64,000 bases of DNA, taken from Ignavibacteriales bacterium (GTDB lineage: Bacteria > Bacteroidota > Ignavibacteria > Ignavibacteriales > Ignavibacteriaceae). The stretch is from the NCBI GenBank assembly GCA_016707585.1, contig JADJHL010000008.1, positions 433,206-497,205 of the forward strand, read 5' to 3'. Positions 56,244-64,000 of the stretch are shown piece by piece. The position numbers and the translations under genes are program-made. Position 1 is the first letter of the stretch. Every line of letters begins with the position of its first letter. The notes under the pieces are model-generated. The model was not told the DNA's origin, made no database searches, and saw nothing but the letters and a program-made list of their open reading frames with translations.

Positions 56244-57782
56244 ATGTTATCCAAAACATTAACCAGCGCAACTTACGGAATAGATGCATATCTAGTTGAG
56301 GTTGAAACTCATGTCGAAAAACAAATTCCTGGATTTATAATTGTTGGCTTACCAGATAATGCTGTACGTGAAAGTCGTGAAAGAGTAATTGCTGCAATTA
56401 AAAATTCTGGAATAAAATTCCCCACTAAAAAATTTACTATAAATCTTGCACCGGCAGATATTAAAAAAGAAGGAAGTTCATTCGATTTAGCAATTGCAAT
56501 CGGAATTTTAACTGCTGAAGAATTAGTCTCAGATAAGTTTTTATCAGATTCAATTTTTCTAGGTGAACTTTCACTTGATGGAACATTACGGCACATCAAA
56601 GGTGCTTTGCCAATTGCAGTTGAAGCAAAGAAAAAAGGGATTAAAAGAATCATCTTACCTAAAGAATCTGCAAACGAAGCAGCTATTGTTGATGAAATTG
56701 ATGTTTTCGGATTTGAAAATCTTACTGAAGTTATATCTTTTCTAAATGAAGAATCAAATCCAGAAAAAGTATTTACAAACAAAGATGAACTTTTTTCTGC
56801 AATAAATAATTATCATTTAGATTTTTCAGATGTTAAAGGACAAGAAAATGTAAAACGTGCCTTAGAAGTTGCTGCTTCTGGTGCACACAATATTTTAATG
56901 ATTGGGCCTCCAGGCTCAGGAAAAACAATGCTCGCAAAAAGATTTCCATCGATACTACCGCCATTAACATTTGATGAAGCACTTGAAACAACTAAGATTC
57001 ATTCGATAGCAGGAATTTTACCTAAGAGCAAAGCAATAATTACGGAAAGACCGTTTAGGAGTCCACACCACACAGTTAGTGATGCAGCTTTAGTTGGAGG
57101 TGGATCATTTCCAAAACCTGGAGAAGTTTCTTTTGCCCACTTTGGAGTTTTATTTTTAGATGAACTTCCGGAATTCAAAAAAAATGTTTTAGAAGTCTTA
57201 CGTCAACCACTTGAAGATGCAAAAGTAACAGTAAGTCGTTCAAAACTATCATTAGAATTTCCTGCAAATTTTATGTTAGCAGCTGCGATGAATCCCTGTC
57301 CATGTGGGTTTTATACAGATCCGAATAAAGAGTGCACTTGTGCTCCACCACAAATTCAAAGATATATGGCAAAAATTTCTGGTCCTTTGTTGGATAGAAT
57401 TGATATTCATATTGAAGTTCCTGCTGTTAAGTATAAAGAGTTGTCTTCGAAATCAAATGGAGAAAAATCTGAAGAGATTAGAAAAAGAGTAATTGCAGCA
57501 AGACAAATTCAACTTGAAAGATTTAAAGATTTAAAATATGTATTTAACAATGGCGATATGGGCTCAAAAGAAGTAAGAACATTTTGCAAGTTAGATGAAC
57601 AAGGGGAAGAATTATTAAAGATGGCGATGACAAAGTTGGGATTATCTGCAAGAGCTTATGATAGAATATTAAAAGTAAGCAGAACAATTGCAGATTTAGA
57701 AAACTCAGAAAACATTTTACCACAGCATATCAGCGAAGCAATTCAATATAGAAGTTTAGATCGCGAACTTTGGAAGCATTAA
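56244..57782 (+). CDS. YifB/ComM-family Mg-chelatase-like AAA+ ATPase
   Basis: Lon-protease-like N-domain (MLSKTLTSATYGIDAY), Walker A GPPGSGKT, Walker B LFLDE, zinc-ribbon-like CPCG..C.C, and a C-terminal ChlI domain. I prefer ATG 56244 over the GTG at 56175. Confidence 0.85.
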   Translation: MLSKTLTSATYGIDAYLVEVETHVEKQIPGFIIVGLPDNAVRESRERVIAAIKNSGIKFPTKKFTINLAPADIKKEGSSFDLAIAIGILTAEELVSDKFLSDSIFLGELSLDGTLRHIKGALPIAVEAKKKGIKRIILPKESANEAAIVDEIDVFGFENLTEVISFLNEESNPEKVFTNKDELFSAINNYHLDFSDVKGQENVKRALEVAASGAHNILMIGPPGSGKTMLAKRFPSILPPLTFDEALETTKIHSIAGILPKSKAIITERPFRSPHHTVSDAALVGGGSFPKPGEVSFAHFGVLFLDELPEFKKNVLEVLRQPLEDAKVTVSRSKLSLEFPANFMLAAAMNPCPCGFYTDPNKECTCAPPQIQRYMAKISGPLLDRIDIHIEVPAVKYKELSSKSNGEKSEEIRKRVIAARQIQLERFKDLKYVFNNGDMGSKEVRTFCKLDEQGEELLKMAMTKLGLSARAYDRILKVSRTIADLENSENILPQHISEAIQYRSLDRELWKH

Positions 57783-57783
57783 T

Positions 57784-57811
57784 AAAAAAAGCCGAGACAA
57801 GCCCGGCTTTT
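57784..57811. terminator. bidirectional terminator hairpin between convergent genes
   Basis: aaaaaaagccgag-acaa-gcccggctttt: a GC stem with one mismatch, flanked by an A-run and a T-run. Confidence 0.55.
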
Positions 57812-57834
57812 AAGTTAACAATTATATTATTTTA

Positions 57835-58536
57835 TTAGAATTGAGAAAGTTCTTTTTCAACTACTGTGTGATAGCCAAGTAGTCTTAAGTTATTAACACC
57901 ATATTTTCCATATTGTGGAATAATGAAATCACCACTTGTAGGACGTTGTAAGAAAACTAAAACTTTTCCTTGTTTTGTGGTAAGTTCAGCAAATACATAT
58001 TTTAAATTTGATGGCCAAATTCCGGCAGCTTCAACATGAATGTCTGTTCCATCTGATTTCCAATTTGCTACTCCAAGTTCACTCATCTCTGTGTTGTTAG
58101 TAAATGGTGATTCTGTGTAACTCGAAATATTATCAAGACTTAAACCATAAACAGAAATATTATTTACTTGATTAATATTAATTCCATTAACCTTAAAGAA
58201 AGCTTTATCAATTTTATTGATAAAAAACATTTTTGGAGCAATTGAATAATTGTTAAAGTTAACAACTACAAATAGCTGAGTATATTTAGATTGATTATCT
58301 GACATATAGCATTCTAATATAGTTTCGCTTTCAGTAGATGTTGAAAACTTAATTCCTTTAACTTCTGAGAAACTGAAAAGATATGAATATGGAAATCCAT
58401 TAGGTACAATTGTACCATCGTGAGAGATTGATTTTTCTAGAATTGGACTTGTAGGAAGTGAATTATCTAAAACATCTGAACATGAAACAAGAACGAAAGA
58501 AAAGATTGCGACAAAAAGAACTACTAGGTTTTTCAT
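57835..58536 (-). CDS. hypothetical lipoprotein
   Basis: MKNLVVLFVAIFSFVLVSCSD has a lipobox. 233 aa, no family recognised. Confidence 0.5.
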   Translation of the reverse strand: MKNLVVLFVAIFSFVLVSCSDVLDNSLPTSPILEKSISHDGTIVPNGFPYSYLFSFSEVKGIKFSTSTESETILECYMSDNQSKYTQLFVVVNFNNYSIAPKMFFINKIDKAFFKVNGININQVNNISVYGLSLDNISSYTESPFTNNTEMSELGVANWKSDGTDIHVEAAGIWPSNLKYVFAELTTKQGKVLVFLQRPTSGDFIIPQYGKYGVNNLRLLGYHTVVEKELSQF

Positions 58537-58875
58537 AGAGAGCCCCTATTTATATTGTTGTTAATTATTTAATTATAAATTTACCAGTTGGCCTTTTAGC
58601 GACAAGTAGCGTACCAATTTTATCAAATTGAAAAATTGCATCAAATCAAAACATTTTTATTTATTAAAATCGAGCGAATTACAAATTTTCCGCGAAAATT
58701 TTGTCTTCGGTAAAAATTACATTCAAAATTTGTTTGAGATAGCTTTGGAGGATTTAACTTTTAAGTAGAACTGACAAAATTTTTTCATCTAATCAAATTC
58801 AAACATCTGAAAATACAATTAACTATCTTAATCATACAGAAATAAAATATTTAGCTTGAATATAGTCTCAAATTA

Positions 58876-58907
58876 TTTGCATTTTTATTTGAATAAAAAT
58901 ATATTTG
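58876..58907 (+). promoter_or_regulatory. possible Bacteroidetes-type promoter (TTTG-N20-TAtaTTTG) for the tRNA cluster
   Basis: TTTG at 58876-58879 and TATATTTG at 58900-58907, about 29 nt upstream of tRNA-Tyr. This assumes FCB-type sigma-A recognition, which is not shown for this organism. Confidence 0.3.
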
Positions 58908-58935
58908 TCGCTCGCTTTTATTTTAGCATTATTCT

Positions 58936-59019
58936 GGGCGGACGCCGGAGTTGGAGAGCCGGGGCGGACTGTAAATCCGTTGGCATGCGCCTTTGGGGGT
59001 TCGAATCCCTCGCCGCCCA
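58936..59019 (+). tRNA. tRNA-Tyr (anticodon GTA), long variable arm
   Basis: Hand-folded. Acceptor is gggcgga/gccgccc (one 7-66 mismatch), D stem ccgg/ccgg, anticodon stem-loop gcgga-ctGTAaa-tccgt, long variable arm, T arm ggggg-ttcgaat-ccctc. No encoded CCA. Confidence 0.85.
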
Positions 59020-59071
59020 CATAATACTTGCTATATAAAGTAAAATCTGGTTCTTTTTTATTTTGGAATTT

Positions 59072-59148
<77 letters not shown>

Positions 59149-59203
59149 AAAAAAGACTGAGTTTTAAGTCTGGTTCTCAAAATTGATTGATAATCATATC
59201 TAC

Positions 59204-59276
59204 GCTGACGTAGCTCAGTTGGTAGAGCACATCCTTGGTAAGGATGAGGTCACCGGTTCAATCCCGGTCGTCAGCT
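59204..59276 (+). tRNA. tRNA-Thr (anticodon GGT)
   Basis: Acceptor gctgacg/cgtcagc, D arm gctc-agttggta-gagc, anticodon arm catcc-ttGGTaa-ggatg, T arm accgg-ttcaatc-ccggt. Confidence 0.9.
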
Positions 59277-59311
59277 CAAGTAAAAAGGTTTGAATAGTTT
59301 AAGGAAAAAAA

Positions 59312-59476
59312 ATGGCTAAAAGCAATATCAGACAAATTATTGTTTTAGAAAGTACTGCTGGAACAGGTTATAGATATTCTACAACAAAGAATAAAAGAAC
59401 ACATCCTGCACGCGTTGAATATAAAAAATATGACCCTGTTGTAAGAAAACACGTAGTATTCAAAGAAACAAAATAA
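59312..59476 (+). CDS. rpmG: 50S ribosomal protein L33
   Basis: Own translation: [54 protein letters not shown] (54 aa, below the ORF-track cutoff). It matches the L33 pattern Y.TTKNKR..P.R.E.KKYDP..RKH..FKE.K. Confidence 0.9.
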   Translation: MAKSNIRQIIVLESTAGTGYRYSTTKNKRTHPARVEYKKYDPVVRKHVVFKETK

Positions 59477-59481
59477 TGAAT

Positions 59482-59554
59482 ACGTCAGTGGCTCAATTGG
59501 TAGAGCAGCGGTCTCCAAAACCGCAGGTTGGGGGTTCGAGTCCCTCCTGACGTG
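59482..59554 (+). tRNA. tRNA-Trp (anticodon CCA)
   Basis: Acceptor acgtcag/ctgacgt, D arm gctc-aattggta-gagc, anticodon arm gcggt-ctCCAaa-accgc, T arm ggggg-ttcgagt-ccctc. Confidence 0.9.
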
Positions 59555-59573
59555 CGAAACTCGAAAGGCTATC

Positions 59574-59756
59574 ATGAAAGAGAAAATAATTGCATTTTTT
59601 CAAGACGTTGTTAAAGAGATGAAAAAAGTTACTTGGCCAACTAAGGAAGAACTTATCGAATCTACCAAAATTGTTATTGTTGTTTGTGTGGTTTTAGCTT
59701 TATTTACTTATGTAATTGATCTGATTATTAACATGGCATTTAAAGGAATTTTTTAG
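59574..59756 (+). CDS. secE: preprotein translocase subunit SecE
   Basis: 60 aa. VKEMKKVTWPTKEEL followed by a single TM helix. Position is between tRNA-Trp and nusG. Confidence 0.9.
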   Translation: MKEKIIAFFQDVVKEMKKVTWPTKEELIESTKIVIVVCVVLALFTYVIDLIINMAFKGIF

Positions 59757-59767
59757 GTTAGATATAA

Positions 59768-60304
59768 ATGGAATCAAGATGGTACGTAGTAAGAACTTTT
59801 TCTGGTCATGAAAACAAGGTTAAAACTCTTTTAGAAACCGGTTTAAATGAACATGAGCATTTGAAAGCTAAATTAACTGAAATTTTGGTACCAATGGAAA
59901 AGGTTTTTGAAGTTAAAGATGGTAAGAAAAAGAGCAAAACTAAAAATTTCTTTCCTGGTTATATTCTTGTTAATGCAGACTTAGACAATCAAGTAAAAGA
60001 TTTTATTCTAAATACACAATCTGTAATGGGCTTTTTAGGCACTGGTGGAAATCCAAATCCATTACATCCTGAAGAAGTTAGAAGAATTGTTGGCAGAATT
60101 ACGCAAGATAGCTCTACTGAAAGAATGGAAACGATCTTTAGAAGTGGTGATCTTGTTAAAATTGTTGATGGTCCTTTCAATAATTTTTCGGGTACAATTG
60201 AAGAAGTTAATGAAGAAAAGATGAAAATAAAGGTTATGGTTTCAATTTTTGGTAGAAAAACACCAGTTGAAATCGATTTTGTTCAAGCGGAATTAGAAAA
60301 ATAA
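59768..60304 (+). CDS. nusG: transcription termination/antitermination factor NusG
   Basis: WYVVRTFSGHENKV NGN domain and a C-terminal KOW domain (GDLVKIVDGPFNNFSGTIEEV). Confidence 0.95.
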   Translation: MESRWYVVRTFSGHENKVKTLLETGLNEHEHLKAKLTEILVPMEKVFEVKDGKKKSKTKNFFPGYILVNADLDNQVKDFILNTQSVMGFLGTGGNPNPLHPEEVRRIVGRITQDSSTERMETIFRSGDLVKIVDGPFNNFSGTIEEVNEEKMKIKVMVSIFGRKTPVEIDFVQAELEK

Positions 60305-60331
60305 TTATTAGATATTTAATTAGGTTACAAA

Positions 60332-60757
60332 ATGGCTAAAAAAATTGATTCATATATAAAATTACAAATTCCTGCTGGTAAAGCTAATCCATCACCACCA
60401 GTTGGCCCTGCTCTTGGACAAAAAGGTGTTAACATTATGGAGTTCTGTAAGCAATTTAATGCAAGAACTCAGGATAAGGATGGATTGATAATTCCTGTTG
60501 TAATAACAGTTTTTAGTGATAAATCATTTACTTTTATTACAAAAACACCACCTGCTTCTATTTTGTTAAAAAGAGCAGCAAAGCTTGAAAGAGGATCAGC
60601 TGAATCACATAGAACAAAAGTTGGTAAGGTTACAAAAAAACAGGTTAAAGAAATTGCTGAAGTGAAAATGCCGGATTTAAATGCATTTGATGTTGATCAT
60701 GCAATGAGTATGATTTCTGGAACTGCGCGTAGTATGGGTATAACAGTAGAAGATTAA
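60332..60757 (+). CDS. rplK: 50S ribosomal protein L11
   Basis: [36 protein letters not shown]. Confidence 0.95.
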   Translation: MAKKIDSYIKLQIPAGKANPSPPVGPALGQKGVNIMEFCKQFNARTQDKDGLIIPVVITVFSDKSFTFITKTPPASILLKRAAKLERGSAESHRTKVGKVTKKQVKEIAEVKMPDLNAFDVDHAMSMISGTARSMGITVED

Positions 60758-60799
60758 TTCAAACAATTTTGGATAGTTAAAATTTATTGGTGATTTAAG

Positions 60800-61498
60800 A
60801 TGCAAACAACAAAAAGAAATAAAGAAATATTAAAATCTGTAAAGCTTGAAAAAGAATACACTTTACCAGAAGCAATCTCAATACTTAAAGATCAATCAAA
60901 AGTTAAATTTGTTGAATCTTTAGATTGTGCAATTCGTTTAGGTGTTGATCCTAGACATGCAGATCAAATGGTAAGAGGAACAGTTTCTTTACCACACGGA
61001 ACTGGTAAAACTGTTAAAGTTTTGGTAATTGCTAAAGGTGCTAAAATTCAAGAAGCCTTAGATGCAGGTGCTGATCATGCAGGATTTGAAGATTATTTAG
61101 AAAAAATTAAAGGTGGGTGGGCTGATGTTGATGTTGTTGTTGCCACTCCAGATTCTATGTCCGAACTTGGAAAATTAGGAAAGATTTTAGGACCAAAAGG
61201 TTTGATGCCTAATCCTAAAAGTGGAACAGTTACAATGGATGTTGCAAAAGCTGTTAAAGAAGTTAAAGGTGGAAAAATTGAGTTTAGAGTTGAAAAAACT
61301 GGAATTGTCCACACTTCATTAGGTAAATTAAATTTTGATACGGATAAGCTTGTGGATAATACTAAAGCCTTTTTAAATATGATAGTTAAACTAAAACCTT
61401 CATCTGCAAAAGGTTTGTACGTTAAAAGTTTGTTTTTATCAAGTACAATGGGGCCAGGACTTAAAATTGCTAAAGACGAGTTAAGTCTTAATCAATAA
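60800..61498 (+). CDS. rplA: 50S ribosomal protein L1
   Basis: [34 protein letters not shown]. Confidence 0.95.
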   Translation: MQTTKRNKEILKSVKLEKEYTLPEAISILKDQSKVKFVESLDCAIRLGVDPRHADQMVRGTVSLPHGTGKTVKVLVIAKGAKIQEALDAGADHAGFEDYLEKIKGGWADVDVVVATPDSMSELGKLGKILGPKGLMPNPKSGTVTMDVAKAVKEVKGGKIEFRVEKTGIVHTSLGKLNFDTDKLVDNTKAFLNMIVKLKPSSAKGLYVKSLFLSSTMGPGLKIAKDELSLNQ

Positions 61499-61571
61499 AA
61501 TAGAATACGCACTCATAATAAAATATAGCTTCTAACCGACCCGAAATAATAAAATGTGATACGGGAGAAAA

Positions 61572-62093
61572 ATGAATAAGAACGAAAAATCAGAGTTAAT
61601 TGCCCAAGCTAAAGAATTGATAGATAATTCCACGGCAATCTATCTAACTGATTATGCTAAGATAAATGTTGCTGATATTAGTGACCTTAGAAATCAGTTT
61701 AGAAAAGAAGGCGTTAAATATAAAGTAATTAAAAATACTTTATTCAAACGTGCCTTGGTAGAATCAGGTAAATTTGAAAAGCTTGCAGATCATCTTGAAG
61801 GTATGACAGGATTTGCATTCGCTTCAACAAATCCAGTTGCACCAGCAAAGATAATAAAGAAGTACAATGATGCTTCACAAAAATTACCTCTTAAAGCTTG
61901 TTACATCGAAACACAATATTACGATGGTAGCAAACTTGCAGAGTTAGCTGCATTACCTTCTAAAGAAGAAGTTATTGCTGGTATCCTTGGTAGCTTAAAT
62001 TCACCAGCATCAGGTATAGTTGGTGCAATTTCAGCAGTTATTAGAGACTTAGTAAGTGTAGTTGATGAAGTTTCTAAAAAGAAAGCCGCTTAA
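61572..62093 (+). CDS. rplJ: 50S ribosomal protein L10
   Basis: 173 aa. LRNQFRKEGVKYKVIKNTL. Position is between rplA and rplL. Confidence 0.9.
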   Translation: MNKNEKSELIAQAKELIDNSTAIYLTDYAKINVADISDLRNQFRKEGVKYKVIKNTLFKRALVESGKFEKLADHLEGMTGFAFASTNPVAPAKIIKKYNDASQKLPLKACYIETQYYDGSKLAELAALPSKEEVIAGILGSLNSPASGIVGAISAVIRDLVSVVDEVSKKKAA

Positions 62094-62121
62094 TTAAAAC
62101 AAGAAATTAAATTCAGGAGAA

Positions 62122-62505
62122 ATGAAAATGTCAGAAAAAGTTGCACAAGCACTCGAACTTATAAAAGGAATGTCTCTTCTAGAAGCTTCAGAATTAAAGA
62201 AAGCACTTGAAGAAGAATTTGGTGTTACAGCAGCAGCTCCAGTTATGATGGCTGGTCCTGTTGGTGGCGCAGCAGCAGCTCCAGTTGAAGAACAAACAGA
62301 ATTTGATGTTATTCTGATGGCAGCTGGTGAGAAAAAAATTAATGTAATTAAAGTTGTAAGAGCTCATACAGGTTTAGGTTTAAAAGAAGCTAAAGATCTT
62401 GTTGATGGCGCTCCAAAAACAGTTAAAGAACAAGCATCAAAAGATGAAGCCGAAAAAATCAAGAAAGAACTTGAAGAAGCCGGCGGAACTGTTACTTTAA
62501 AGTAA
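62122..62505 (+). CDS. rplL: 50S ribosomal protein L7/L12
   Basis: Ala/Pro-rich hinge ([21 protein letters not shown]) and the C-terminal domain [28 protein letters not shown]. The start may be the ATG at 62128. Confidence 0.95.
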   Translation: MKMSEKVAQALELIKGMSLLEASELKKALEEEFGVTAAAPVMMAGPVGGAAAAPVEEQTEFDVILMAAGEKKINVIKVVRAHTGLGLKEAKDLVDGAPKTVKEQASKDEAEKIKKELEEAGGTVTLK

Positions 62506-62539
62506 TCGCATTAAATATTTTATTTGATCTTTTCTAAGT

Positions 62540-62571
62540 GATAAGACGGTAAAATCCGTCTTATCGCTTTT
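62540..62571 (+). terminator. hairpin plus U-tract between rplL and rpoB (attenuator/terminator)
   Basis: gataagacgg-taaaat-ccgtcttatc, followed by gcttttg. Confidence 0.65.
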
Positions 62572-62639
62572 GTATTATATAGAAACGTTGTTTAGGATGC
62601 TCTTTTAATAGCATTTGATAATTTTTAGGAGGTTTTCAA

Positions 62640-64000
62640 TTGGATAATAACCGTATTTCCTTTGGCCGTATTCCATCTGTAATCGAGATTCCCGATCTTT
62701 TAGGCATTCAAACTGAAACATTTGAAGATTTTGTTCAGCTTGAAACTCATCCGCTTAAAAGAGAAAATAAGGGTTTACAGCAGGTATTTACTACCAATTT
62801 TCCCATTTTTGATAATAAAGAGAATTATAGATTAGATTTTTTAGAGTACTATGTTGAAAAGCCAAGATTTTCTGTTGAAGAATGTCTTGAAAGAGGTTTA
62901 ACTTTTGCTGCTCCATTAAAAGCAAAACTTAGACTTTCTACTAAAGACCCAGAAACTGATGAGTTTATTAATACTGTTGAGCAAGAAGTTTACCTTGGAA
63001 ATCTTCCGTTTATGACGGAGAAGGGAACATTTATTATCAATGGTGCTGAACGTGTTGTTGTTTCTCAATTACATCGTTCACCTGGAGTTGCATTTGCCCA
63101 AACATTACATCCAAATGGCACACCAATTTACTCTGCTAGAATTATTCCTTTACGTGGTTCGTGGGTTGAATTTGCAACTGATATTAACTATGTAATGTAT
63201 GTTTATATCGATAGAAGAAAAAAATTTCCGGCAACAACATTACTACGTGCACTTGGTTATCAATCTGATGAAGAGATATTAAAGTTATTTAATTTAATTG
63301 AAAACGTTTCAGTTAAAAAAGGCAAGTTAGAAAATTATCTTGGAAGAATGATTGCCAGCGATATTTTTGATATGTCCACTGGTGAAATTTTCTTAACAAG
63401 AGATTCTATATTAACTGAAGATGATCTTGAAAGAATAAATGATGCTGAAGTTGATTATTTAAAATTTATCAAATCAGATTCCACCAATGACCAAAATTTA
63501 GTAGTAAATACTTTAAGAAAAGATACTTCACATACACGTGAAGAAGCTTTGTATGCTATTTATAGGCAGCTTAGATCAGGTGAAGCTCCAGATTTGGTTA
63601 CTGCCGAATCACTTATAGAAAAACTTTTCTTTAATGATAAAAGATATGATTTAGGTGATGTTGGTCGCCATAGAATGAATCATAAATTACAATTGAGCAT
63701 TCCTGAAACAACCACAGTGCTTACCATTGATGATATAAAATCAATTATGAAATATATTATCGATCTTAAAGAAGGTGCAGTTTCTGTTGATGATATTGAT
63801 CATCTTGGTAATAGAAGAATCAAAACTGTTGGCGAGCAATTAGGACAGCAGTTTAATATTGGTATGGCGCGTATGGCTAGAACAATCAAAGAGCGAATGA
63901 ACATGCGCGATACTGAAAATTTCACTCCACAAGATTTAGTTAATGCAAGAACAATAAGCAGTGTTATAAATGCTTTCTTCGGAACAAATCAGCTATCACA
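62640..64000 (+). CDS. rpoB: DNA-directed RNA polymerase subunit beta (N-terminal part; continues beyond the window)
   Basis: TTG at 62640, 7 nt after AGGAGG (62627-62632). Translation reads (M)DNNRISFGRIPSVIEIPDLLGIQTETFEDF...GTFIINGAERVVVSQLHRSPGV. It is not in the ORF track because it is open at the window end. Confidence 0.9.
   Translation, partial: MDNNRISFGRIPSVIEIPDLLGIQTETFEDFVQLETHPLKRENKGLQQVFTTNFPIFDNKENYRLDFLEYYVEKPRFSVEECLERGLTFAAPLKAKLRLSTKDPETDEFINTVEQEVYLGNLPFMTEKGTFIINGAERVVVSQLHRSPGVAFAQTLHPNGTPIYSARIIPLRGSWVEFATDINYVMYVYIDRRKKFPATTLLRALGYQSDEEILKLFNLIENVSVKKGKLENYLGRMIASDIFDMSTGEIFLTRDSILTEDDLERINDAEVDYLKFIKSDSTNDQNLVVNTLRKDTSHTREEALYAIYRQLRSGEAPDLVTAESLIEKLFFNDKRYDLGDVGRHRMNHKLQLSIPETTTVLTIDDIKSIMKYIIDLKEGAVSVDDIDHLGNRRIKTVGEQLGQQFNIGMARMARTIKERMNMRDTENFTPQDLVNARTISSVINAFFGTNQLS

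Noticed and set aside
58537-58935. 399-bp intergenic region as a possible sRNA, 6S or tmRNA locus
   Set aside because: It is very AT-rich with no stable conserved-looking structure that I can fold by eye. It is most simply the promoter/UP region of the tRNA cluster.

Overview
AT-rich chromosomal segment. By inference it comes from an FCB-group bacterium, most consistent with Ignavibacteria: the T9SS type-A C-terminal tails read NYPNPFNPST..., nrfHA is present, and a Bacteroidetes-like TAnnTTTG promoter motif occurs. Almost everything is on the + strand and is housekeeping: queG, trxB, era, ispF, lnt, purL, hisS, rlmB, nuoGHI, comM/yifB. The right end carries the conserved block tRNA-Tyr/Gly/Thr, rpmG, tRNA-Trp, secE, nusG, rplKAJL and the start of rpoB. 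Accessory-looking parts are listed here. (1) An Rrf2 / NapH-like polyferredoxin / hemerythrin / nrfHA / porin nitrite-ammonification cluster at 20-25.6 kb. (2) An HYC_CC_PP / TonB-dependent receptor / YHS metal-type cluster at 27.9-31.2 kb. (3) Five consecutive T9SS-cargo genes at 35.2-47.5 kb, including a GHL10-like protein and a secreted agmatine-deiminase/PPAD-family enzyme; their C-terminal sorting domains are nearly identical at the nucleotide level. (4) A GxxExxY (PD-(D/E)XK) gene bracketed by hairpin-forming direct repeats. (5) A rhuM gene inserted at the 3' end of an aminotransferase gene, with a duplicated copy of that gene's last ~18 codons. A family of GTCAT...ATGAC-bounded palindromic intergenic elements is scattered through the window. 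At least 11 single-base frameshifts, nearly all in homopolymers, interrupt genes including essential ones (purL, hisS), which points to assembly error rather than decay. I found no CRISPR array, no integrase or transposase, and no recognisable defence system. I cannot point to one convincingly new multi-gene system. The best candidates for follow-up are the T9SS cargo island with the secreted deiminase, the GxxExxY cassette and the REP-like element family.
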